DNA of 41,786 nucleotides from Bacteriovoracaceae bacterium. GTDB lineage: Bacteria > Bdellovibrionota > Bacteriovoracia > Bacteriovoracales > Bacteriovoracaceae. This document shows, piece by piece, positions 28,528-37,736 of this stretch; the first letter of the stretch is position 1, and each line of letters opens with the position of its first letter. The notes under the pieces are model-generated. The model saw only the letters and a list, made by a program, of their open reading frames with translations. It was not told the DNA's origin and did not search any database. The stretch covers positions 1-41,786 of the forward strand of contig JABIHA010000044.1 in assembly GCA_018649885.1 (NCBI GenBank). Direction: 5' to 3'. A program made the position numbers and the translations under genes.

Positions 28528-30179
28528 TATTGTAAATTTGCATTGAACTCTTTGAAGTGTTTCCTATCAAATGAGATCTTTAGCTTTCCTCTTTTTTTAG
28601 TGAAGTGAGCCTGCTCTGCTTCAGCTACAACATTTTTAAAATAGCTTTTAGCCTCACTGCTAAGCTCGCTTTTGTCTACAATAGCGTCAAGGCAATTTTG
28701 GGAATTATTCTTATCTAGTAAATTAATCAATTGAAATACTTTTGAGTAAGTAAATCCGTGTTTTTTAATATCACTAACTAGAACATTGCGCCTTGAGTGC
28801 TCCCTTCCACTAGCAAATCTTTGATACATGACCAGAAGAAAAAGGGCAACGATAAAGACCAGAAGCAGCCGATTGAGTAACCGGATACGGCTTATTCCCA
28901 AAAATCGTGGATCTAAATCCGGAGCCACAACTCCGCTTCCTGAAAACTCTGCCTTAATTCCACTACTTTGATCACTCGAAAATGGCTTTTGATAGCGACT
29001 GCTACTAGCAACACCGCCACCTTTAAAAACCACAAGCTCAGGAACGGAAACAGCAACATCTACATATTTCTTTGAATCTGGATCAAAGTAAGAAAGCTGT
29101 AGATCTCTAGCATCTAATTTAAAAGGCTCTCTTCCAAGGAAGGTATATTGAAAAGTTTTTCTGCCCCTTGTGACATTTGAAACATCTAAATCACTTTTAG
29201 TATCAAATTCTTCCAAGCCTTGATGTGTAAAAATAGAAGGTGCATCAAGATTTTCAAGTGCCCCGCCTCCCTCAACTGTTAAAGTGGTCTCAATAGCTTC
29301 ATTTGTTAAAAATCTACTTTTAGGCACATCTAGTGAAAATTTGTGTAGACCTACAAGTCCTGTGAAATTTTTGGGAACATTTTCATCTGGCAGTGGAAGA
29401 ACGGTGATCTCCACCACTTGGCTTTTAAAAACTTTTTTCTTAACTCTTCTGCTGCCGAATCCAAAACCGAAGGAGCCAAATGGATCATTTCCCCTTCCCG
29501 CACTATACTGCATCTGAAGGCTGATAGGATCAATTTTTAGTTTTCCTGTTGTCTCGGGAAATAAATAAGCCGAGTAGAAAATAGTTCTTTTATAAACAAC
29601 TCCGTTATAGCTCACAGTTTGCGTTTGAGCAGATTTATCTTGAAACCTTTTTAGGAATTTACTTAGTTTGGGAAAGCGCTTAATTTCAGCCCGAATTACA
29701 TTATTATCTCGCTGATAGAGATAGTAGTTAACTAAAATTCCTTCACCTTTATATATCTCTGTCTTTGAAGACTCTGCCCGTACAAAAAATGGGGACTTCT
29801 GCCTGGCCTCTTTTACAACCTTAACTCTAACGTTTTTATGCTTTAATGTTTCGCCGTTTAAAACTGCCTGTATTTTTCTAATTGTGAAAGACTTTGAGCT
29901 GGGAGCAACAAGCTCATACTTATAGCTAATCTCCCTTGATGTTTCGAGTCTTCCATTTATATAAGTGGTCTTAAAAGTCACGCCTTGAGAGTTTCTCCCA
30001 ATAACATCAAGTCCTCCCGGATCAAATGATATATTGGGGTCTGTGCTGTCCTTTGATCTAATTTTTACATTTAAATAAAAGCTCTCACCAATCACAGGCT
30101 CATGCTCTGATAAGCTCACTTCTATATGGTCTGCAAAGGCTGCAGTTGATATAAAAAAAGCTAATAATAATTTAACCAT
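28527..30179 (-). CDS. batD: BatD-family exported Ig-like protein with C-terminal TM (start revised to ATG 30179)
   Basis: Signal MVKLLLAFFISTAAFA; repeated beta modules; TTYING, NFTGLVG and LSYFDP motifs; follows the VWA genes. Confidence 0.82.
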   Translation of the reverse strand: MVKLLLAFFISTAAFADHIEVSLSEHEPVIGESFYLNVKIRSKDSTDPNISFDPGGLDVIGRNSQGVTFKTTYINGRLETSREISYKYELVAPSSKSFTIRKIQAVLNGETLKHKNVRVKVVKEARQKSPFFVRAESSKTEIYKGEGILVNYYLYQRDNNVIRAEIKRFPKLSKFLKRFQDKSAQTQTVSYNGVVYKRTIFYSAYLFPETTGKLKIDPISLQMQYSAGRGNDPFGSFGFGFGSRRVKKKVFKSQVVEITVLPLPDENVPKNFTGLVGLHKFSLDVPKSRFLTNEAIETTLTVEGGGALENLDAPSIFTHQGLEEFDTKSDLDVSNVTRGRKTFQYTFLGREPFKLDARDLQLSYFDPDSKKYVDVAVSVPELVVFKGGGVASSSRYQKPFSSDQSSGIKAEFSGSGVVAPDLDPRFLGISRIRLLNRLLLVFIVALFLLVMYQRFASGREHSRRNVLVSDIKKHGFTYSKVFQLINLLDKNNSQNCLDAIVDKSELSSEAKSYFKNVVAEAEQAHFTKKRGKLKISFDRKHFKEFNANLQ

Positions 30180-30180
30180 C

Positions 30181-32079
30181 TCACCAATCCTTTTTGGCAT
30201 TTCCCTTAGTCTTTTGATTTGTATGCCTCTTGTCAGAGGTTGTTGTATCCATATATTGATTTTGAATCTTACGATCATCACTTAAAAGCTGTTTTAACTG
30301 AGCGGGAATTTTTTTCTTTCTCATGGGTTTCTGGCCCTGCTTCTTCTTTGCCGTCCTCTTTTTGGCCTTCTTCTCTTTGCCCTTTCCGTCCTGGTCCTTA
30401 TCTTTATCTTTATCGCCCTTTCCGTCCTGGTCCTTATCTTTATCTTTATCGCCCTTTTCACCCTTTTCTTTTTTTTCTTTTTCGCCTTTTCCCTGCTCTT
30501 TCGACTCACCCTCTTGGTCTTTTGAGTCTTGCTCTTTTTGCTGGTCGCCCTTGCCACCTTGGGAATCTTTTTGTTTTTTTTCTCCGCCCTCTTTTCCTTC
30601 GCCGTCTTTCTTATCGTCTTTTTGACCTTTTTGGTCCTGATCTTTTTGATCCTTTTTTTTCTTGTCCTCTTTTTCTTTCTCTTTTTTCTTTTTCTGATCT
30701 TGTTGCTTTTGATTTAAGGCCATCTTCACATTGTCTTTTAAAAGACTTTTTAGATCCTCACTTTCAAGTCTGTCGTAGAGATTCTTTGCCAGCGGAATTC
30801 CTTTTCTCAGATTTTTGCTAGCAAGAAGTGAAGTTGTGTAATTAAAGAGATCATTTGAGTTAAGATTTTCTAGATTTGTCCCACCCAAAGTTTCATCATA
30901 TAAAACAGCTGCCTCTTTAAATTTCTTGGCCCTTAATAAAAGCTCTCCTAGCTTCAACCTTTCACTTTTTGAAGCTTTCCCACTTTTCATTTTCTTTATT
31001 AACTCAAGAGGCAGCTTTGCCTGTTCCACTTGGATGGGCTTTGCTTGCTCACTTGCCATAGAAGGAGTTGAGAGAATGAATCCAAACAAAACAAAAGGTA
31101 CCGCAAAGCTTGGGGCCATACGAAAAAGTGTACCCAGAATAATTAAAGCAAGTGCAGGTAGTGTTAGGTACCCTATTAGGACTGGTTTAATTCTAATATC
31201 GCCCTTGGAGTATTTGATTTTATGAACACTATTAAAAAAACGAATGATTTCCTCTGTTGGTATGGAATATGAAGTGGCTATCCAGTAGCGAAAGTACTTA
31301 ATATCATCGGCCATCTTTTTAATAAGAGTTTCGCCTAGCTTAGAGACAATCTCCTTACCTTGAAATTTCTTATACCCCTTAAAATTTCCAGTAGATGTTC
31401 GAATTGGTATCGGTCCACCTTTGAGAGTCCCCACCCCCACAACTGAAACTGAAACGCCATCAGGAACATCAAGAGATAGCGGCGTTGAAGTTTCCTCAGA
31501 GTCTGTGAATACCAGCACATTACCGCTAATTTTTGCAAACTCAGTTTTGGAAGTTTTCAAATAACCTAAGCTTTCTTGAATCGCCATGCTTAGATTCGAT
31601 CCCCCACGGCCTAGTCGGAGAACCTTTAGGCTGGCAATTCTGGCATCAAGTAAATCAATATCGGTGGTAAAGGGAACTACTTGTTTTTGAAAATCAGAAA
31701 ATAAAACAACAGAAATCTGGTGACCATAGGCCCTTTTCACAAAATGCCTTGCCAGAAAGAGCACCTTTTCAAAGCGATTGGGTCTAACATCCTCAACTAA
31801 CATACTAGCAGACGTATCAATCAGAATAATCGTCTTTTGCTCAGGAATTTTTGATTCAATTTTAATTTCTTTTCCGCGCAAATCTAAAAGAGAAACCGCC
31901 AGTAGTGCCAAGCCAGAAAGAAATAAAAATGAAGCAATTTTGCTATAAGAGCTTCTTTCAAAAAACCAATGATCATTTACCCATTTGTAAAAAAGGTTTT
32001 CCTTCCTTACATATAGAAAAATAAATACCACAAGGGATATTAAAATATAGGGTAGTAAATGAAGTTTATCAAAGTTCAT
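30181..32079 (-). CDS. BatB-BatC-like fusion: VWA domain, TM, TPR, K/D/Q/E-rich linker
   Basis: MIDAS DTSASM; PNRF; FTDSE; GGPIP; C-terminal KDW typical of BatC. Confidence 0.82.
   Translation of the reverse strand: MNFDKLHLLPYILISLVVFIFLYVRKENLFYKWVNDHWFFERSSYSKIASFLFLSGLALLAVSLLDLRGKEIKIESKIPEQKTIILIDTSASMLVEDVRPNRFEKVLFLARHFVKRAYGHQISVVLFSDFQKQVVPFTTDIDLLDARIASLKVLRLGRGGSNLSMAIQESLGYLKTSKTEFAKISGNVLVFTDSEETSTPLSLDVPDGVSVSVVGVGTLKGGPIPIRTSTGNFKGYKKFQGKEIVSKLGETLIKKMADDIKYFRYWIATSYSIPTEEIIRFFNSVHKIKYSKGDIRIKPVLIGYLTLPALALIILGTLFRMAPSFAVPFVLFGFILSTPSMASEQAKPIQVEQAKLPLELIKKMKSGKASKSERLKLGELLLRAKKFKEAAVLYDETLGGTNLENLNSNDLFNYTTSLLASKNLRKGIPLAKNLYDRLESEDLKSLLKDNVKMALNQKQQDQKKKKEKEKEDKKKKDQKDQDQKGQKDDKKDGEGKEGGEKKQKDSQGGKGDQQKEQDSKDQEGESKEQGKGEKEKKEKGEKGDKDKDKDQDGKGDKDKDKDQDGKGKEKKAKKRTAKKKQGQKPMRKKKIPAQLKQLLSDDRKIQNQYMDTTTSDKRHTNQKTKGNAKKDW
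30379..30457. repeat. Perfect 36-bp tandem repeat (about 2.2 copies) encoding KGDKDKDKDQDG
   Basis: gccctttccgtcctggtccttatctttatctttatc at 30379-30414 and 30415-30450, then a partial copy. Confidence 0.95.
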
Positions 32080-33056
32080 ACTACTTCTTTTAGAGCAAGC
32101 TTTCTAAGAGACTCTGTCAAAATGAGGCCAATAACTCCGGCCAGAAGAAAGTTAAAAAATAGCTCTTGGTAAACAACTTGGTTATGTGTTTTGATCTTAG
32201 TTTTTTCAAGTTTGTTAATTGTATCAAGTACTGACTTGAGTGCCTTTTTGTCTCTTGCCACATAGGCCTTGGCGCCTGTTATATCTGCAATTTCTTTCAA
32301 CGTTTTTAAGTCGTAGCTGCCTCCGGGAAGATACTGGTACCTTTGGCCGAAAATTGAGTTAGTACCACCAATGGGCATCCTCGCCTTTTTATCTGAGCCC
32401 ATTCCGATGGTATACACCCGAACGCCTTGCTCCTTTGCTTGCTTAGCTGCTTCTATAGGAGTCAAATTGCCTACATTACTGACACCATCAGTTAGAAGAA
32501 CAACCACCTTACTCTTTGCTTCACTTAATGCTTCCCTGGCTACTGCAAGGCCTAAAGCGTCTCCTATATTTGTCCCACTTCCTAAGAAGCCAATCTTAAT
32601 TTGATCGATCACTTGATCAATTAGTGAAATATCAGTTGTTAAAGGAAGAAGGGTATAGGCCCTTTCAGAAAACATAATAATCCCGAGCCGATCGGCGGGT
32701 TTCATTTTAATGAATTCTCTAATCTTTTCTTTGGCGACTCCAAGCCTATTAGGTACAAAGTCCTCGGCCAGCATAGACTTCGAAACATCTACCACGAAAA
32801 ATATATCGTTTACTTCAATTTCATTTTCTGTGTATGATGTTGGCTTTCTAGGTTGCATCAGGGCAAAGCTTAACAGCCCCCAAGAAATCAGTCCCAATAG
32901 AAAAAGGCTCCACCTAGTAAAACTTCCCTTTCTAGATTTTTGGACGCTTTGTGGAAAATGCAGCTCAGGACGCTTAAAAATTTTAAAATACTCAATAGTC
33001 CATATAATGGCGCCCGCAATCCCTATAATGGCATAACCTACGTGCTTATACTCCAT
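32076..33056 (-). CDS. batA: BatA-like VWA domain membrane protein (start 33056 or 33062)
   Basis: MIDAS DVSKSM; PNRL; GTNIGDAL; LLTDG; YTIGMG; INKLEKT; GGAGA RBS fits 33056. Confidence 0.88.
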   Translation of the reverse strand: MEYKHVGYAIIGIAGAIIWTIEYFKIFKRPELHFPQSVQKSRKGSFTRWSLFLLGLISWGLLSFALMQPRKPTSYTENEIEVNDIFFVVDVSKSMLAEDFVPNRLGVAKEKIREFIKMKPADRLGIIMFSERAYTLLPLTTDISLIDQVIDQIKIGFLGSGTNIGDALGLAVAREALSEAKSKVVVLLTDGVSNVGNLTPIEAAKQAKEQGVRVYTIGMGSDKKARMPIGGTNSIFGQRYQYLPGGSYDLKTLKEIADITGAKAYVARDKKALKSVLDTINKLEKTKIKTHNQVVYQELFFNFLLAGVIGLILTESLRKLALKEVV

Positions 33057-33855
33057 CAACATTCTCCAGTAGCTCTGCCCTTAAGCTAGCTACTTCCTTT
33101 AACTCTTCATCAGTCCACTCTGGCTTATATTGAATTAATTCAACCTTTCGAATTAACAAGCGACTCTCTCCTTGTTTGAGAGAAATGGCGTCCCATTCTT
33201 TTCTATTTTTCACTAAATCTTCAAATTCTTTTCTTGTGTTGGCGTCTGCTATTTTTTTAGTCCAAACTCTTTGTCTTTCTTCTTCTTTTTTCTTATTTTT
33301 GTTTTTGAGATAGGTTTTTGAAAATATCAAATAGCCGATTACAAGAAGAAATAATCCAGCAAGGCCACCCATTATCCCATTTTTGTACCTTGCCCAAAGG
33401 CCCGCAGCCTTTGTGTAATTAGAATCAAGTATATTAAAAGCATTTGCCTTCAATTGCCTATCGCCAACACGTTCGATTCCTTGAAATGTGACAGGAATTA
33501 ACAATTTGTTTATTTCTAAAGTATGAAGCTCAGCATATAAAAAGGGCTTAGCAATCGTTAGATATATCTCAATGACCACCGCCTCACTATTATTAACTGA
33601 TCTTTCAATTTTCAAAACGCTTGAAACATAAAAAAATCCAAATATATCCTTGTCTTCTAAATCATTTTTTTTGAATACAATATCTTGAGGTGTTGGCCAA
33701 ATAGTTAGCCTCGCCCAAATTGTATCCCCAACCTCAAGTTTTCTGGAAGACTCAAGGTTTTCTAGTTTTCCTTGAATATGAGACGGAGTAATTTGAGCAA
33801 ATCCAGCCTGAAGAGTGCAAAGGGTAAAAAGTACTAATAAAAGTGGTTTCCTCAC
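33046..33855 (-). CDS. Bat-operon accessory exported/membrane protein
   Basis: Signal peptide, beta domain, single TM, charged tail; between DUF58 and BatA. Confidence 0.6.
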   Translation of the reverse strand: MRKPLLLVLFTLCTLQAGFAQITPSHIQGKLENLESSRKLEVGDTIWARLTIWPTPQDIVFKKNDLEDKDIFGFFYVSSVLKIERSVNNSEAVVIEIYLTIAKPFLYAELHTLEINKLLIPVTFQGIERVGDRQLKANAFNILDSNYTKAAGLWARYKNGIMGGLAGLFLLVIGYLIFSKTYLKNKNKKKEEERQRVWTKKIADANTRKEFEDLVKNRKEWDAISLKQGESRLLIRKVELIQYKPEWTDEELKEVASLRAELLENVDGV

Positions 33856-34706
33856 AGCATCTCCTTGATAAAATTTTCAAGATAGCGCTCCGTAAGTTTC
33901 AAAGGCTTTACCTTTCTTCCTAAAAGTTTTTTTAATTCATTGTGCTTAGTTTGAGCATCAATATTAAAAACCTTCTCCCCAGTTCCCTCAATGCCTGAGT
34001 TATAAGCGTAAACACTATAAGGCATCTTATCGTATTCATCGAGAGGTGAAATAAGTTGAAAGCAGTGAAGATTTTTTTTATAAAATAGATGCTTAATCTC
34101 TTCGATCGGTAGAAATGCATTAAAATCACTTAATAATACAATTTCTTTTTTCTTATGAAGATGTTTAAAAAGCATTTTTAGTTTTCGGTCAGAGTCATCA
34201 TATATAGTTTTCGAACTGGGTACAATTACTCTGCCTTCACTATCCAAAAGGTTCATCTTTTGGAGCTCAGCAACGAGCATAACAATTCCATCTTTTCCCG
34301 TTTTCATGGGAAGGGTATTGATTTTCTCACCGACGATAATAGGTTGAACGTAATCATTTGTTTCTTTGGTAATTAGAAATAGTAAGCAGCAAATTTCTAA
34401 GGCCATTTGAAGTTTAGAAACTCCTTTGTGGCCATATAGCATGGGAAGAGAGGCATCAATAACAACAATTATTTCTATATTACGCTCTTCTTCAAATGTT
34501 TTAATATATGGATTGCCTGTTCTGGCGAGAAGCTTCCAATCAATAAATCTTACGTCATCTCCGTGTGCATAAACTTGATGCTCTTTGAAGATTAATCCTG
34601 AACCTCGAAAGTGAGATTTAAGCATACCAATTGAATATGAATTGGAGTTTTTAAATAATTGAGATTGTATTCTTTGTGCAGCCTTCTCTACTGCTTTTAA
34701 ATCCAT
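33852..34706 (-). CDS. DUF58-domain protein (start revised to ATG 34706)
   Basis: FRGSGLIFKEHQVYAHGDDVRFIDWK, KTFEEER, DAS and LSDF; follows MoxR. Confidence 0.9.
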   Translation of the reverse strand: MDLKAVEKAAQRIQSQLFKNSNSYSIGMLKSHFRGSGLIFKEHQVYAHGDDVRFIDWKLLARTGNPYIKTFEEERNIEIIVVIDASLPMLYGHKGVSKLQMALEICCLLFLITKETNDYVQPIIVGEKINTLPMKTGKDGIVMLVAELQKMNLLDSEGRVIVPSSKTIYDDSDRKLKMLFKHLHKKKEIVLLSDFNAFLPIEEIKHLFYKKNLHCFQLISPLDEYDKMPYSVYAYNSGIEGTGEKVFNIDAQTKHNELKKLLGRKVKPLKLTERYLENFIKEML

Positions 34707-34710
34707 GGCG

Positions 34711-35661
34711 CTACACCACCGACTTTGCAATTTCCAGTGCGACACTCCGTCCAGTCATTTTATCAATCGAGGCTTCATAGGTAAGAAGAATTCTGTGTCC
34801 CATGACTTCCGGAATAACCGAAATTAAATGATCGGGAGTTACAAAATTCTTGCCTTCCATAAAGGCCTTAAATTTTGAGAGTCGATATAACCAAATAGAG
34901 GCACGCGGGCTTGCACCAGCGAGAACTGCACCCTCCATAGAACGGTAAAAATCTCGCGATCCAGGCCTTGTGGCGTGAACCATTCTCACTATCATGTCCT
35001 TAATTTTATCATCTACGTATATTTTTCCAATTTCATCTTTTAACTCTATGAGATCATCCGTTGATAATACTGGCTCAAGGGAATCAATATCACTTTTATT
35101 GAGATCTAAAATGCTTTTTTCTGCTTCAAAATCTGGGTAATCAATAGAGAGCTTCATCATGAAACGATCAAGTTGAGCTTCAGGTAAATTATATGTCCCT
35201 TCCTGCTCAATAGGGTTTTGGGTTGCAAGTACTACAAATGGTCTTGAAAGCTTATGAGTTGTATCTCCAATAGTCACTTGCCTTTCCGCCATGGCCTCCA
35301 GCAAAGCTGACTGAACCTTAGCAGGGGATCTGTTAATTTCATCTGCTAAAAGAATCTGTGTAAAGATTGGGCCAAATTTTGTAGTAAATTCATCCTTACT
35401 TTGATTATAAATCATCGTCCCAATCAAATCTGAAGGTAATAAATCGGGGGTGAACTGAACTCTTTTAAAAGCGAGGTCACACAATCGGCTCATAGTCCAA
35501 ACACTCAAAGTTTTTCCGAGTCCTGGCATACCCTCAATTAGTAGGTGTCCCTCGCAAACAAGGGAAGCAATAATCCCCTCAAGCATATTTGATTGTCCAA
35601 AGATTACTCCATTGGCCTTTGATAAGGTTTGAAGCACTCGCTCTCTTAATTCTTCACTCAT
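34711..35661 (-). CDS. moxR: MoxR-family AAA+ ATPase (start revised to ATG 35661)
   Basis: EGMPGLGKT, QFTPDLLPSD, LADEINR, ATQNPIEQEGTY, DRF, GASPRA. Confidence 0.95.
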   Translation of the reverse strand: MSEELRERVLQTLSKANGVIFGQSNMLEGIIASLVCEGHLLIEGMPGLGKTLSVWTMSRLCDLAFKRVQFTPDLLPSDLIGTMIYNQSKDEFTTKFGPIFTQILLADEINRSPAKVQSALLEAMAERQVTIGDTTHKLSRPFVVLATQNPIEQEGTYNLPEAQLDRFMMKLSIDYPDFEAEKSILDLNKSDIDSLEPVLSTDDLIELKDEIGKIYVDDKIKDMIVRMVHATRPGSRDFYRSMEGAVLAGASPRASIWLYRLSKFKAFMEGKNFVTPDHLISVIPEVMGHRILLTYEASIDKMTGRSVALEIAKSVV

Positions 35662-35662
35662 T

Positions 35663-36868
35663 TCAAGTCTCCACAAAATATATTAGATGCTTTATGTAAT
35701 TCGCTTTTGAGCTCAAACTTGTCACCGGGTGATCAAAACCCTGCATTCCAATGTCGAGAAGAGTGACTTTTTTACCCTCAAGAGTAGCCGCTCTTTGCAC
35801 CGTTTCATCTAGCTCAATAAGACTCACGCAACTAGTGCACGAACCAATGGAAATTATACCATTTGGCTGGGTAAGTTTCATCATTTTAGTATGTAGTTTT
35901 GAGTATCCTCTTAGGGCCGTTTTTTTATCTTTTTGGCTCTTTGCAAAAGCCGGAGGGTCACTGGCAATAATGTCATACTTTTCTCCGCGGTTAATCTCCT
36001 CGTCGAGCAAATTAAAAACATCACTACGAACAAAGCGCCCCCTGCCTGAGAACTCATTTTGTTCAATATGCCCTGAAACTACTGACTCGAAATTTCCTTG
36101 GTCAACAAATGTGACATCCAGGACGCCTGACCTAAGGAGGTGGAGGCCCCATGAACCCACATAGCAAAATAAATCGAGTCCTTTTTTCTTTGGGCCACCA
36201 AATTTATTTAAGAAATTTTCTAAAGACTGTCTATTTTCACGATGATCAAAATAATAACCTACTTTTTGGGCCAAGTTTGAGGGAATACTATAATTGAGTC
36301 CACATTCGCTAAACTCCAAATCACCTTTTTCTAACTCTTTTTCAAAACAAGGTAGGCCTTCAGCCTGCCTGTAGCGACTTTGGTCCCAAAAAAGTACTAT
36401 TGATTGAGGATATATTTCTGAAAGTGCAGTTTTAATAAATTCCCGATAACGGTCAATTCCTGCTGAATTTATTTGCAATAAAATCTTATCACCGTACTTA
36501 TCTGCAATTAGTCCAAATAGCCCATCCTCAACTCCATAGAATAACCTGTAAGAATTTTCCTCAGCAAGGAGCAGCTTCCTTTTACCTACGGCCCTTGTAA
36601 TCAAATTCTTAATAGTATTTTCTATAAAACTCTCACTCTCTTCCACCTGTACAGGAGTGAGATAGGCAGGGATAAGATTGAGAATCGGCTGATTATCCCT
36701 TGTTTGGGTATTTATAAATCCTAACCGGGTGATATTTTCACCTTGGACACTAACCCATTCTCCAGGAGTGAATGATCTGGATAGTTTTTCAATATCTTTT
36801 TCGTAGAAACTATTCACACCACGCCCAAGTTTCGACAAAACACCTTTTTTTAACTCAATAGTTTTCAA
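35663..36868 (-). CDS. Class I SAM-dependent rRNA methyltransferase, RlmI/RlmK-like
   Basis: QKVGYYFDHRENR, LDLFCYVGSWG, DPPAFAKS, SC, DHP; TTG start. Confidence 0.85.
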   Translation of the reverse strand: MKTIELKKGVLSKLGRGVNSFYEKDIEKLSRSFTPGEWVSVQGENITRLGFINTQTRDNQPILNLIPAYLTPVQVEESESFIENTIKNLITRAVGKRKLLLAEENSYRLFYGVEDGLFGLIADKYGDKILLQINSAGIDRYREFIKTALSEIYPQSIVLFWDQSRYRQAEGLPCFEKELEKGDLEFSECGLNYSIPSNLAQKVGYYFDHRENRQSLENFLNKFGGPKKKGLDLFCYVGSWGLHLLRSGVLDVTFVDQGNFESVVSGHIEQNEFSGRGRFVRSDVFNLLDEEINRGEKYDIIASDPPAFAKSQKDKKTALRGYSKLHTKMMKLTQPNGIISIGSCTSCVSLIELDETVQRAATLEGKKVTLLDIGMQGFDHPVTSLSSKANYIKHLIYFVET

Positions 36869-36895
36869 GTTCTACACCTTAAATAAATACAGCTG

Positions 36896-37723
36896 TTATT
36901 TTGACTGCCCAATCCTCGCCAGCTTTTGCTGGGCCTTACCTTTATTGATTTGATAATTTCGAAAATCGAGAGTGAATAAATTATTTCTTTTATACAATTT
37001 ATTTCTTTTCATAGGTTGCTTTAATTTTTGAGATGAATAAATATTTATTTCATCTGGAATCCAAAATCCATCTTTTTGCATATGCCTAATATAAATTTTC
37101 GTCTCTTCCTCTTGTCCCCTGCGAGAAATGACTTTTCTGGCTTCTTTTACATAGCTCATTTTTTTGCTTTTTTTGTTTCGACTGAGACTAATATAATATT
37201 CAGTGGCACCATTACTGGTCATTTTTGTGATTTTTTTCAGATCCGATTTTTTATCTAAGCTCAGCACGATCTCACTAATAAAATTTAATTCATCTTTAGG
37301 TACACAAACCACTCTTTTCTTACCCTTATCACTTCGATAGAAAAGATCAAACCCTGAAAGCTCATCTTCAAGCTTTCTTGGAAACAAGTACTCAAGTTTT
37401 TCTTCAATGATTTTTCTAAGATCTTCTTTTAGTTTAGGAAATCCTGTTGAAGGAATTCCTTTAATTTCAATATGCCTTTTCCCACTAGATACCCAATAGA
37501 CTTTAAAAACGAGGTTATTAATATCCCCAAATATAAGCGCGTCGTTAAGCTTTTTCCTAATTTGAGGAGCGTAAATATCAACAGCTAAATCTGTTAGCCC
37601 ATGATCTTGAGCTCGGTAGGTTGTTTGATCGATTGACCTGACAATGCCTAGGGCATTAACCTCGCCCGCACTACTTTGAGATAGAATAAATGTTGTTAGA
37701 AAAATTTTAACAAAAAAATTCAT
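36896..37723 (-). CDS. Exported hypothetical protein, possibly LolA-like fold
   Basis: Signal peptide; C-terminal DGFWIPDEI and FRNYQINKG resemble lipoprotein-sorting-like proteins. Confidence 0.5.
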   Translation of the reverse strand: MNFFVKIFLTTFILSQSSAGEVNALGIVRSIDQTTYRAQDHGLTDLAVDIYAPQIRKKLNDALIFGDINNLVFKVYWVSSGKRHIEIKGIPSTGFPKLKEDLRKIIEEKLEYLFPRKLEDELSGFDLFYRSDKGKKRVVCVPKDELNFISEIVLSLDKKSDLKKITKMTSNGATEYYISLSRNKKSKKMSYVKEARKVISRRGQEEETKIYIRHMQKDGFWIPDEINIYSSQKLKQPMKRNKLYKRNNLFTLDFRNYQINKGKAQQKLARIGQSK

Positions 37724-37736
37724 TGAGTTTCCGAAC

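Noticed and set aside
30379..30457. 36-bp repeat as a CRISPR array
   Set aside because: Copies are adjacent with no spacers, in frame in a CDS, and no cas genes are present.
30219..30821. Overlapping ORFs with repeats such as PFRPGPYLYLYR and SLSLSPF
   Set aside because: Alternative-frame readings of the low-complexity linker and 36-bp repeat; the stop-free frames follow from composition.
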